Shown here one piece after another: positions 1-26,608 of a stretch of 64,000 bases of DNA. Below the pieces are notes generated by a model. The model worked only from the letters and a program-made list of their open reading frames with translations. It ran no database searches and was not told the origin of the DNA. Source of the DNA: the human T2T-CHM13v2.0 reference genome, Homo sapiens; NCBI RefSeq assembly GCF_009914755.1, contig NC_060936.1. The stretch is one strand, 5' to 3'. Positions within the stretch are counted from its first letter, which is position 1. Each line of letters starts with the position of its first letter. Made by a program: the position numbers and the translations under genes.

Positions 1-107
1 ACATGGAGCTGCTGGTGAGGTATGGCACCGAAGCGCAGAAGGCTCGCTGGCTGATTCCTCTGCTGGAGGGGAAAGCCCGCTCCTGTTTTGCTATGACCGA
101 GCCCCAG
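1..107 (+). CDS. ACAD10: ACAD10 coding exon (7th from last; 5'-truncated by window)
   Basis: Frame from 3 gives [35 protein letters not shown] (ACAD AMTEP motif); donor CAG|GTACGT at 107/108. Confidence 0.95.
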
Positions 108-215
108 GTACGTCGCCTGGGCTGCCACCCACTTGCCTGGCCCTGTTGTTGTCGGCCCCACAGGGAACACGGGCTGTCTGCTGGCGTCTCTGACTGGAAT
201 ATGCTCCCCACTCAG

Positions 216-306
216 GTTGCCTCTTCAGATGCCACCAACATTGAGGCTTCCATCAGAGAGGAGGACAGCTTCTATGTCATAAACGGTCACAAATGGTGGA
301 TCACAG
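216..306 (+). CDS. ACAD10: ACAD10 coding exon (6th from last)
   Basis: ctcag| acceptor; [30 protein letters not shown](G), the ACAD NGxKxWIT motif; donor CAG|GTATTT. Confidence 0.95.
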
Positions 307-1237
307 GTATTTGGCCTAAAATGCACTTTCCAAATGCACATCAGGGAGTCTGTGCTGTTAGGCGCGTCTCTCAATGCCTGGGAGGAGCCTCTGCTTTTTC
401 AAGTTGACACAAAGGAGATTCTGTCACTTAGCGCCCCCAGCAGAGGCAGCTGGGAGAATAGGAGGGTAATCCGTGGAGCACACTGTTCTCAGAGGTGGCA
501 CTTCACAGGGCAGGGACGTCCCCCGGTGCCCACACATGGACGGATGCCTCCCTGCACATGTGACCCCAGGAATCTCTCCACTTCCTGCTGTTCATTCTGC
601 TTTGGGCAGCTCCCCTTCCTTGGTGGCTTCCTGGCTCCTCGATCAGGTGTGTTACATCCTAAGGGCTAATGACAATCCTGACTTTTAGGGATTGTCCAGT
701 GTTACTTTTGCAGGGCCCCTACAAGTAGCCGTGGAGCTTACCTCCCGGAGCCCATACCTCCCTGGACATTAAGAATGAGCATCCCCATTTTGCAAAGGAG
801 GAAACCGCACTCAGACTTAGGTCCCTTGCCTGGGGTATGAGCCCCCAGCCAGCAAGTAGAGAACCCAGAGTCAAAGGTTCACCTGATTCCAAGGCCCGGG
901 CCCAGAGCCGTTATGTGTGCACCACCTGTGGGAGCCGAGCCAGCTGGCAGGGATCAAGTAGCGGTTTTCATCCTCTTGTCTCTAAATTATATTTTCTACT
1001 CTATGTGATGCTTTTAAAAACTTGCTCTTATGATGTTGGATTCATTCCTCACTGGGACAAAACCCAATTTGCTCTTATTTCTGGTCAGCAGTCTGCAGAT
1101 GCTCATCTGATTACATGGAGCCTTAAAGAGCTCTGTCTGCTTCCTTACTGTGCCTTTCTTGGGCCAGGACCACGTGTGTAGAGATTTGATGGCCCTGGTG
1201 TCAGATGATGGGGTCTGTCTCTCTCCTTTCCTGGCAG

Positions 1238-1396
1238 GCATCCTGGATCCTCGTTGCCAACTCTGTGTGTTTATGGGAAAAACAGACCCACATGCACCAA
1301 GACACCGGCAGCAGTCTGTGCTCTTGGTTCCCATGGATACCCCAGGGATAAAAATCATCCGGCCTCTGACGGTGTATGGACTGGAAGATGCACCAG
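1238..1396 (+). CDS. ACAD10: ACAD10 coding exon (5th from last)
   Basis: Pyrimidine tract + cag|; (G)[17 protein letters not shown]...YGLEDAP(G); donor CAG|GTGAGA; phase 1-1. Confidence 0.95.
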
Positions 1397-2093
1397 GTGA
1401 GACCTCCAGGGGCGGGTCACCCCTGGGTGTGGGTCTGGTCCCCAGGAAACACCACTGAGGGGCCCCTGCTCTTGTTCAGGACTTGCCACATCCCACGTCT
1501 GAGGGTATGATGACATTTGGAGTCACATGCTCCTGCATTTCATTTCCATACATGAATATCAACCATGCAGGCGGATTTCAGACAGGCATTTATGGATTTT
1601 TTTCCCTCTTCTAAACTTAGAAAGTAATCAGGAGTCTGTGACACAGGAAGCCATACAGGGCAGACGCAGGAAGTGGACCCCAAACCTACTCTTCCAGGCC
1701 CCAGTGTGAACAGCTGACCTCTAGGCCACAGCCCTGGTTTGGTCCGCTCCCAGTTTGGTTCTCTGCTAATAGTGTTCACATTTTTACTTTCAGTGTTTTC
1801 ATAGGATCACTACATTGTCACAAACCACTAGGAGCTTCAGCTTAAGGTGGCATTATTATGTTTTTATAAAAGGAATCACAGAATAGTCATTTGCCATTAT
1901 AAATCAGTGATTCATTTTCTGTGTTTAACAGGCTGTTTCCTGCCGTCCTTTTCCCTTTAACCATGTCCCAGTAAGAAGGCTAAATAAAGGGCAGGGACAT
2001 TGCCAGCAGATAACCCAGACTGAGGTGAGGAATAAACACATCCAAGGAAAATGACTATGGCTATTGCTCACAGTGATCGTTTGGGTCTTTCAG

Positions 2094-2266
2094 GTGGCCA
2101 TGGTGAAGTCCGATTTGAGCACGTGCGTGTGCCCAAAGAGAACATGGTCCTGGGCCCTGGCCGAGGCTTTGAGATCGCCCAGGGCAGACTGGGCCCCGGC
2201 AGGATCCATCACTGCATGAGGCTGATCGGGTTCTCAGAGAGGGCCCTGGCACTCATGAAGGCCCGC
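2094..2266 (+). CDS. ACAD10: ACAD10 coding exon (4th from last)
   Basis: tttcag|; (G)[42 protein letters not shown]...LMKAR; donor CGC|GTGAGT. Confidence 0.95.
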
Positions 2267-2566
2267 GTGAGTGCTTTCCCCCGCACCCAGCACTGACTCA
2301 GAACCACCACCTTCTGCTTTGCTGTCGGACTTCAATTCCTACCTGTTTTCTGAGTGCAGTCCTAGCAGGTGAAGCAAGGTGATGTCCTTGCCAAGAAGTT
2401 GCATTCCTGTCTGCTTTGCATCTGCTACTTTGCTGCAGTTTGGATTCAGAGCAGAATGGACCCCACTCTGTCGAGGTGACCTGAAGGGAAACGCCAGGCT
2501 CTGTAGCAGCAGAGGCAAGGTTCCAAGGTGTAAAGGTCATGCTGCTAGCACATTATTAAAAATCAG

Positions 2567-3530
<964 letters not shown>

Positions 3531-4251
3531 AATCAGACACCAGGGAGATCCCATGTTGCTTGTTTTTGTCCCTAGGCTTCCATCATCTGGCCTGTACCAC
3601 CCTCCTCCACAGCACATCCAGAAAACTTTATTCGGCCATAATCCTACCACCCCCAAAGTTTGGAAACCTAGGTTAAAAGACAGCTGCTTCCAGGACAGGA
3701 ATTCAAATTGGTGATTATCAATTTCAGAAAGGTGACGCAAACCCTGAGACCAAAACCAGTGTCTCACAAGAACTGCTATTGAAAGAACAGAGGCAGTCTG
3801 AATTTTTTATTACCGAGCAAACCTGTGATTTACACCCTTTTGAGTTAAGACTGACCAGTTATTTTTTCTTTCTAAGTAAAACGCTCCTGTCTATGGACTC
3901 AGGTATGGTGCTTCAGCCCCACATGGAATTAAATTCAGCCTTCTGGCAGAATAATTGGACTGAATGAGTCAGACAGAAGTCTCCAGAAAGTGCATAGCAT
4001 GAACATGGCACCTCCACTGAAGACTTGGTTGGAGTAATTAGGAATCTACAAAAGATTTGCTACAAGGAGGTTCACCACAGTGCTTATTGAAATAGCAAAA
4101 TTCTGAACAACCTATAAGGCTAACAATGACTGTTGGCCAAATAAAACACAAGATGGCATACAGTGAGACTTTAAATGATGCTGTGGAAATCTATTCCTTA
4201 ACATGGAGAAATTGCTCACTATATACACTTAAATTTAAAAAAAAAGACTGT

Positions 4252-6325
<2,074 letters not shown>

Positions 6326-6692
6326 TCATTCCCAGGAGTAGCCTTGGGTCAGATGCTGGCTCAGATCTATAACTGCTCCTGTCTGGTAGCCAGGCCTGCC
6401 CAGATGTGCAATGGCTGGAATAAAGGGTTCTTGGAAGCAATTTGTTACAGGCACCCTGTGGGCTGTGGCTGGCTGTGGCACACGTGAAGGTTGTGTGTCA
6501 GACCTACTCCCTGGACATGGCGCATGGCTGCACACAGGCACCTTGGCTGAGAAGATGCACAGTCCTGGTTTCACTCTCCTCCCCTGCCCTGTCCTGTCTG
6601 CTTCCACCCAGCTCTGCAGGCCACCAGCCCCCGCCTCTCGTGGCCACCCCCAGCCCAGCATGTCCTCAGCCGCACATCTCCTGTGTCGACAG

Positions 6693-6836
6693 GTGAAGTC
6701 CCGCTTGGCTTTTGGGAAGCCCCTGGTGGAGCAGGGCACAGTGCTGGCGGACATCGCGCAGTCGCGCGTGGAGATTGAGCAGGCACGGCTGCTGGTGCTG
6801 AGAGCTGCCCACCTCATGGACCTGGCAGGAAACAAG
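6693..6836 (+). CDS. ACAD10: ACAD10 coding exon (3rd from last)
   Basis: gacag|; [48 protein letters not shown] (RxxFG motif); donor AAG|GTAGGG; 144 nt, phase 0-0. Confidence 0.95.
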
Positions 6837-7234
6837 GTAGGGGCAGGGGCACGAGGGGGCCTCCCAGAGGCAGAGATTCTTCCTCCTCACTCAGCAAAGC
6901 ATGAGAGCCTGGCTTCTTGACATTAGAAACTTTATTTCACCTCTACTTGGAGCTGTTTGGGCAGTTTTTCAAAAATTGGAAAGGCACAAGAAGAGAGGAC
7001 TGGCCTTTGTGTTTTACTGACCTGGTGAGCTGCTTAGTCCAAGGCAGTGGGTCTGATGGGGCCACAGGGCCCCTGGGTGGCCCTGGACTCCCAGGGCCAT
7101 TGGTGGAGGTGTTGGGCAACCTAAGAGTAAGGCAGGGAAAAGGGACCCTCTGCTGGCCTTCATCTGAATATTGAATTAACAAAAATAGAAGCTTATTTTC
7201 AAGTGTGACATTAGTCATTCACTAAGGCTCTTTT

Positions 7235-8550
<1,316 letters not shown>

Positions 8551-8588
8551 CTCGGGTCTTTTATGATCGCATCTCCTCCTCCTTACAG

Positions 8589-8666
8589 GCTGCAGCCTTG
8601 GATATAGCCATGATTAAAATGGTCGCCCCGTCCATGGCCTCCCGAGTGATTGATCGTGCGATTCAG
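8589..8666 (+). CDS. ACAD10: ACAD10 penultimate coding exon
   Basis: ttacag|; [26 protein letters not shown]; donor CAG|GTGAGC; 78 nt, phase 0-0. Confidence 0.95.
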
Positions 8667-9253
8667 GTGAGCACAGACCAGACAGTTGGCTTATTTGAAC
8701 CATCAATACTAGATGCCAAACTCTCCTATCTTCAGCCGCCCAGCCTCCCATAGACCCTGGCAGATGCCCTGTGTCACCCACTCACCATGCATGCAACTTT
8801 CCTTTTCCTCTTCAGAATGACCCAGCAAGGTGGGAGGTGCCATCGTACCCCCATTTTGAATGTGAGGAAACAGGCACAGAAAAGTGAAGTGACTTGTCCA
8901 GGTCACTGAGCTTGCAAGTAGCTGACCTCAAATTCACATGAACTTGGGTTTTCATAAGCCCAGAGCCCAGGCTCTTTCCCATGCAGGGGGGCCGCCTCCT
9001 TAGATCCTAACCCCCGGCCCCAGCACAGGGCAGAAGGCACCTGCAGAGTGGGCCTGGGGAGTCTGGAGGCCGTGGGATGGCAGGTGTGGCCCCATGGAAG
9101 CCCTCTGGAATATTAGTGATTGTATCACATAGGTGCCACAGGGAAGTCCGGGAAGATGGTTGTTATGGGCCATCAAGAGCAGGCTATCATTCCTGGGGCT
9201 CTCGGAGACAAGGGCTGACCCAGGGCCGCCTCCCTCCACTCTGTGTCTGCCAG

Positions 9254-9394
9254 GCCTTTGGAGCAGCAGGCCTGAGCAGCGACTACCCACTGGCTCAGTT
9301 CTTCACCTGGGCCCGAGCCCTGCGCTTTGCCGACGGCCCTGACGAGGTGCACCGGGCCACGGTGGCCAAGCTAGAGCTGAAGCACCGCATTTAG
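9254..9394 (+). CDS. ACAD10: ACAD10 terminal coding exon
   Basis: gccag|; [46 protein letters not shown]; TAG at 9392-9394. Confidence 0.95.
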
Positions 9395-9996
9395 AGCCTT
9401 GGGGCTGCAGTGGCTCAATGTCCTGGCTGGTCCAGCTGTGCCCAGATCTGTCACTGATGTGCCTCGAAAGATCCGGTGTTTGTGGCTCCTGCACCCTGCT
9501 CAGCAGCTCTGTCCCGGGACAGTCAGGGTGGACTCAATCTTTCTGGTTCTCCACAGAAGACGTCTCTGCAAGAAGCCTGGAGTCTGTTTCAGGCCAGGAG
9601 GAGGGGATTTGCTGAGGGCCAAGGGGGTTCTGGGACAGAGTCTGGAAAGCTGGTCTTCAGGCTCTCAGTCCCAGGCTGGGCAGGCACGGTCACTTCACTT
9701 CAGCCTTTCAGTCCCTCTCTCTCTGCCTGTGGGAATCTGGACACATTTTGGGAGGCCTCCCAAGGCTGTGGGACGTGCTTGCTCTGGCAGCTGCAGGGTT
9801 CCTGTCTGGCCTCCCTGGTGAGCAGAGGGGCGGCCACGGCGGGCGGTGGCCTAGAGACCCAGGACCTGGGCGCCTGGGAAAATGGAATGCAACCCACATT
9901 GTAAAGCCACTGGCATCTGATTATCTCCATTTGAACACACAGCACAGAACAATCATTTAAATGTTATTTTGGAAAGGGGTTTTGGGGACACAGAAG

Positions 9997-10006
9997 AATA
10001 AGTAAA
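9997..10006 (+). terminator. ACAD10: Probable ACAD10 polyadenylation signal (variant hexamers AATAAG/AGTAAA)
   Basis: AATAAGTAAA followed by GT/T-rich tttgtggactttctgtgt; I saw no AATAAA in the 3' UTR. Confidence 0.6.
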
Positions 10007-11871
10007 CACATCTCGGAGGCTTTGTGGACTTTCTGTGTCATACAAAGAGAATCGAGTGGAGAGGTTCCCTTCAGCGCCTTCATGCCTCCTCCTGCCTGTG
10101 TTTCCTCGAGGTCCAGGCCATCATCTCAGCCCCATACATGCTGGGAGCACAGAGGCCACGGGTCCGATAAGTCCCGAGTTGGCTGCCTTCCCTCACTATG
10201 TAGCCCGGGGCTCTGTGCTCATACATACTTTACCCAGGAGCTGGCATGTGAGGCCCCTGCAGCCTCCACCTGCTCCATAGTCAGAATATCTGGGCGAAGG
10301 GGAGGTGGTGGCCCATTCGCCATTACACTTTGGAGCACAATCTCTCTTCTCTGAGGAGAGTGGAAATGCTTACTCACTTGCAGTCTGAGCTCCTTGAGAA
10401 ACCCAGCGACATGCAGAGGTGAGCCAGGGGCAGTGAGGCCCCAGCCTGCTCGTCTCATAACTCGTGGTGGGGTAGCCAAAACTCGTCTCAGGTTAGACCA
10501 GACGGGCAGGAACCATCCCCCCCGGCTGCCACCTTGCAGAGGTGACCCTGTGGGAACTGCCTTCCCTGAGAATGGCCAGCCAGGATCAGCACCATGAGGG
10601 GCCCGTGAATGGGCTCCTCAGACCCACATGCCCAGGGGTCTGGGGAGGCAGGTCCCCCTTCACCACACTTGAGAAACTGCTTGTTGCTCAAGGAAGTTAA
10701 ACCCCAAACAAATGCCTGTCACAATGACAGCCACACTGGCCAGGAGCCCACTGCTAAGCTGGCAGGAGCGCAGCAGCTGAGTGCTCCCTCAGGCTCCGGG
10801 AGGAGAGGTTTTCTTCAAAAAAAAGGAAGTGGTCGTGGCCTGGCCTGTCTCATGGGCCTAAGAATGTCTTTCGTGGCCTCTGAGGTTAACCTTGCCTGTT
10901 CAGTAACGCAGCTGCTGAGAGGAAAATGGGAGTCAGGCTGTGGGTACCCCCATATCTCCCTCAGATCCTCTGCCTTGAGGGCTAGAGACCCCGGGGGCCC
11001 CAGGAATGCTGCCTGCAGACAGGCAGGTCCCCCCCAGGCCCTCCACCTCTGCTAGATCATTCTGCCCACCACTGTCGAGGGAGCCTCAGCTCTGGGCCCA
11101 GCAGGAGTCCAGGCCTTGGGGAATGTGCAAGTAAACAAAACAGGACAACTGCTGGCCTTTGGGGGTTTGCATCTCAAGTAGGGGATGGCGGTTAGTGCCC
11201 CAGAGGCCTGGGCGTGTGATGGGGCAAGCACTGCTGGGGCTGGAGGCTGAGGGGAGGACTCTTTCCAGAAGAGGTGTCTCAGCCAAACCTGCCTGACAAG
11301 AAGAAAGGGCAGGCTGGGCGCCGCGGGTCACACACATAATGCCAGCACTTCGGGAGGCCAGATGGTGTCTGGATGCCAAGACCTGTGCTCGCCAAGGCCT
11401 GATTTCAGATACCGTCAGATCATTCCACAACAATCCTACAGAGGCTGCAAAGAGACACTTCCAGGCAACTTGTCTGGGCAGGGCCCCTTCAAGACGGCAG
11501 CTGGGAGTGACACCGAAAGAACAGGCTCCAGTGATCTCTGCTGCTTGTACCCATTGTCAGTCCCCCAGGGTTGTCGGTCACCACCCAGGGCTTCAGAGTT
11601 CCCCAGGGATGCCTCGGGCGTGCCAAGGCTGTCACTCAGAGACCCCTCTTGTTGGTATTTCTGCTGCCCTCCCTGCTGCGACATAGGTACAGATTTCTCC
11701 CCTTCGTCCATTTTACCAAAATGGATGCGCGTTGGGACAGGTGAGTCCCGGACTCCAGCGGCCTGGGGCCCACACCTGCAAGTAACCTGGGACAGGGTTT
11801 CTTTTAATCAAGTTGACTGAGTGGAGAAATGGCCCAGGGGATTTTCTGTCCTATCAGTGTTAGACGGATGA

Positions 11872-15545
<3,674 letters not shown>

Positions 15546-16330
15546 CAGCTAAGGAAGGCTACTATGGTCACAAAAGACTTCCCAGAAGATGGGACTTGGG
15601 CTGGATCTTGATAGGGAAGATTTCCATAAGGAGAGAGGGCAGGACATGGGTGGAACAGGTGCACCAACAGTAGGGCACCAGGGATGAGAGAGCTGCTGGT
15701 TAGGATTATGGTGAGCACCACAGACCACAGACAAACCAGAATAAACGAACCTGTGGACCAGCGTGTCCTGCACTGAGACACACACCACGCACACCAACAG
15801 GGACGAAGCACGTTGCCCACATTGTATCGATGTATGCGAATGTGGATAAGTCAGCTCATTTTCTCCTTCCCCTCCCCACAACCAAGTTTACTGCTGCTCC
15901 TGGCTCCCCCATCCTGGGGAATAGCACATGGTAAGAACCTCAGCACCCACTCCACTCCTCTCGCCCTCATCTCCACACAGCTACCTGTCAATTCCACCTT
16001 CACACTCTTTCTGCCAACTGAGCCCTCCTCATCTCTCTGCCTCTGGCCTGCCTCCCCACTACAACTGAGTTTCCATGCAGTTCTCAGAGGAATCCCTCGA
16101 AGGCACATGTGCAACCTCATCACTTCCAGGCTGAAAGATCTTGGTTAAGAGAAATATTAGTACAAGCTATTAAGACTTAGGAGGCTGCCGGGCATGGTGG
16201 CACATGCCTGTAGTCTCAGCATTTTGGGAGGCCAAGGTGGGCTGACTGCTTGAGCCCAGGAGTTCAAGACCAGCATGGGCAACATAAAGAGACCCTATCT
16301 CTACAAAAAAAAAAAAAAAAAATTAGCTGG

Positions 16331-17004
<674 letters not shown>

Positions 17005-17169
17005 GTCAGGCATGGTGGCATGCACCTGTAATCACAACTACTCAGGAGGCTGAGGTGGGAGGATCAATTGAGCCTGGGAGGTCGAGGCTGCAGCGAGTTG
17101 TGATTGTGCTACTGCACTCCAGCCTGGGTGACAGCGAGACCCTGGTCTTGGGGAAAAAAAACAAGAAGA

Positions 17170-18657
<1,488 letters not shown>

Positions 18658-18901
18658 TTATCTCTGCAGCTGATCTCCAAACCTATTTCCCTTCTTCCTG
18701 GCACAGGGGCCACTCATTTCCCAGACTCTTTTGCATGGAGGCATGGTTGTGTGATTGAAATCCAGCCAGGCGAGCAGGCTCAGCCCACAGAAACCTCCCA
18801 TGGGCCACCCCCATGCCTTTTCTTCCTCTGGTTTGTGTGGAATGGTGCTGAGCCCCCAGGGCGACTTTGGTGGAATCTGGTGTTGAAATCAGAGTCCCAC
18901 C

Positions 18902-19231
<330 letters not shown>

Positions 19232-19535
19232 CTAAACTCTGAACCGCTGCTTCCAAGACCGTCCCTGCCCTTGCCCTGGCCGCCTCTCTCCTTGTTAACT
19301 GGGCTCCATTCATTCTTTCCATTTCTCTAACACGTGCCAGGTGGTCTCATCTCCTGGCCTTTGCCCTTGCTGTTCCCTGTCATCATTCAGGTCTCACTTG
19401 TCATTTCCTGACCATGGTACTTATAAAAGCAGTGCCGTCTGCCCCATCCATGTCACCTCGTTCATCTCCTTCACCTCCGAAATGATCTCGCTTTTGGGTT
19501 TACGGCCGGTCTCTTCACCTGGAGCATCAGCCGGG

Positions 19536-19586
19536 AAGGTCAGGGTCGCCCTGGCTCGGGCCTGTTCACATTGGGGTCAAAGGCAC
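19536..19586 (+). promoter_or_regulatory. ALDH2: Nuclear-receptor response region of ALDH2 promoter (AGGTCA half-sites; DR1-like HNF4/COUP/RXR site)
   Basis: AGGTCAGGGTCG at 19537-19548; GGGTCA-A-AGGCAC at 19574-19586, about -310 to -360 from the ATG, matching my recollection of the described FP330 element. Confidence 0.65.
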
Positions 19587-19799
19587 ACATTGGGGGCTCA
19601 ACCAAGGCGAGCTGCGTTCGCGGGGCCGGGTCTTTCCGCACAGGCGGAGGGCGGTGGCGGGCGCGGAGGCGTCGCGCGAGCCAGGGGGCAGCCACGGGCC
19701 GGGGGTACCTAGCGCCACCCGCTTCGCTTGCATCAGCTGCGCGCCCCATCCCGAGGAATGGTAGAGGCAGCCCCGCCCCCGGCCCGCCCCCGCCTTTCC

Positions 19800-19804
19800 A
19801 TTGG
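19800..19804 (-). promoter_or_regulatory. ALDH2: Inverted CCAAT box (NF-Y site)
   Basis: ATTGG at -96..-92 from the ATG, flanked by GC boxes. Confidence 0.8.
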
Positions 19805-19895
19805 CTGCCGCGCGGGGCGGGGAGCGGGGTCGGCTCAGTGGCCCTGAGACCCTAGCTCTGCTCTCGGTCCGCTCGCTGTCCGCTAGCCCGCTGCG

Positions 19896-20009
19896 ATGTT
19901 GCGCGCTGCCGCCCGCTTCGGGCCCCGCCTGGGCCGCCGCCTCTTGTCAGCCGCCGCCACCCAGGCCGTGCCTGCCCCCAACCAGCAGCCCGAGGTCTTC
20001 TGCAACCAG
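19896..20009 (+). CDS. ALDH2: ALDH2 exon 1 coding part (mitochondrial transit peptide)
   Basis: [38 protein letters not shown]; Arg-rich presequence; donor CAG|GTGAGC. Confidence 0.98.
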
Positions 20010-21468
20010 GTGAGCCCACCGGCCGGGCTCGCGCTTTGTTTTCCGGCCCGAGTCCCCCGCAGGCCCCTAGGAAGGCCCCGCGCCGCCGTGGGCCTTAGTG
20101 TACTCATCTGGGGCTCGAGGGGTTTGCAGAGGCTGACCTGGAAGCACATCTGCCCCCTCCTCTCCTGCAAGCATTTTAGCCCCTTCGCCGCCTCTGACAG
20201 TCCCCGTCCCATTTCCCCGTGACTTGGGCCCCCTCTCCGTCTTCGCCCAGCCTCGGTCTGTTTTCCAGGGCCAACTCTCGGGGTTCCGTTCTCCCCATGG
20301 TCCTTGCTTTCGGGTCTCCGCAGGGTCCCCACCCTCACCCACTCAGAAGACGCGACCAAGTCCCTCTTTGCAGGAACTTTCCTGTCTTTTCCTTAGTCAT
20401 CCCCTTTACCCCCTGACTCATGCCCTCATCCAAGGAGTTCAAAAGGAAAAACCAGGAAAGAGGTGATTTGCAGCCACGTTCTCCAGTTCACCATGGGCGA
20501 GGCCACGCTCGGCTGCTTCCATTGCTGGGAGTAGGGAATCCTGGAGGACCTTCGGCCCCAGGGGGCCGACCCCAAGGGGTGTCTGCGGCTTCCAACGCCG
20601 GCTTCGACCAAACCAAGGAGGAGCTTTCCAGGATAAAACTGATTCCTGTGGTCCATTTATTGATTGCTCAATCAGTAATACTTTGGAATATTTTTTGTTT
20701 TGATCTTTGAGTTTGGTTAAAGTTCTAGACTTCACAGAGGCTGAAATTGGTTATGAAAGAGTTTGTTTTGTTTGTGCCAGTGCATGTTGGCTGCCTTCTC
20801 TGACTTAAGCTTTTTCTCCTATAAATGGAAAGGCGCTCTGAGGGTTAGGTTCACACAGGCCCTCATCAACCAGTCACTTCATAGTTAATCACAGCTCCTG
20901 TCCTGTCTGCACAGCCTTTGTGCAGCACTGTTCTAAGCGTCTACCTGTTTTGCAATTTAAGGTAATTTTTACAACAGCCTCAGTAGGAAGGGACTGTAAT
21001 TCTCCATTTTACAGATGAAGAGACTGAGTCACAAAGAGGTTTAGTGACTCACCTAAAGACCAAAGTCAGTGGCATAGTTGGGGTTCACAGCTGAACTTCC
21101 AGGAGTAAGCCCCTAACCAGAACATTCCATGGTATGTTGTGACTCTGGGTGGGAACAAAGGGACCACCGATCCTCTGGGACTATTGCTGATTTGGGATGC
21201 TGTAGAGCTGGCTCCTAGCCAGCTGCTTTCAACAGCACACCTGCTGGTCTGGCCCTGAGTGTGGCTGCAAATCTGGATATAGGTGATGGGTAAAGGCACA
21301 TGCGTGTGATTTTAGGGGATGTTACAAAGGTCATTTGCAAGGGAATTTTTAAAAGGATAAAATAAAATCTTTTGCATAACACAAGCTAAAAAGGCAGCAG
21401 CTATGGCTCCCTTGGCAGCCTGTGCAAGTTCATGCTTGGAAGACTTGAGCATCAAAAGATCTAGCAGA

Positions 21469-26178
<4,710 letters not shown>

Positions 26179-26491
26179 CCGTGTTTTTAATCAGAGAACA
26201 CAAATGGGCATTCAATACTTCCTGCCTGCCCAGAATCTGTGGGACACACTTGAGTTTCAGGTGACAGGGCTATAATAATGTTTGTGCTCCTGAGGTCAAG
26301 CTGAGTTGAGAATTTACATGTTGTGGACATGTGTATGTATTCCCTGCTCCAGTAATCATGATTATTCATCACCTATTTTCCATCAGGCCCTCTACTGAGG
26401 ACTTCTACCTGCATTTCACCTTTCATCCTACCCGCAACTCTATAAGCCTGGTAGTATTGCTGTCCCGTCTTGCGGGTGAGGAAACTGAGGC

Positions 26492-26608
26492 TCAGGGAGG
26501 TCAAGTTCACATTAAGTATAACTAAGGGCATGTGTGTGAAGGTTGGGCAGGGCAGAATTTGAAGCCCACTTTCAAACTTATAACTTAATGTGAACTTGAC
26601 CTCCCTGA
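26492..26608. repeat. Perfect 26-bp inverted repeat with a 65-nt spacer
   Basis: TCAGGGAGGTCAAGTTCACATTAAGT (26492-26517) / ACTTAATGTGAACTTGACCTCCCTGA (26583-26608). Confidence 0.95.

Larger units (their letters stand above)
19480..20350. promoter_or_regulatory. ALDH2: CpG island / TATA-less ALDH2 promoter spanning exon 1
   Basis: Dense CpG and multiple GC boxes (CCCGCCC/GGGCGGG at 19771-19830) around ATG 19896. Confidence 0.9.

Noticed and set aside
6411-6692. ATG-initiated intronic frame continuous with an ACAD10 exon
   Set aside because: No recognisable homology in the extension; it would need an internal TSS for which I have only weak motif evidence
19675-19695. CCAGGGGGCAGC as a promoter CTCF site
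   Set aside because: The 5' half of the motif (CCAS) does not match; too weak to call
19341-20735. Multiple overlapping ORFs on both strands around ALDH2 exon 1
   Set aside because: Expected in a GC-rich, stop-poor CpG island; only 19896-20009 matches a known protein
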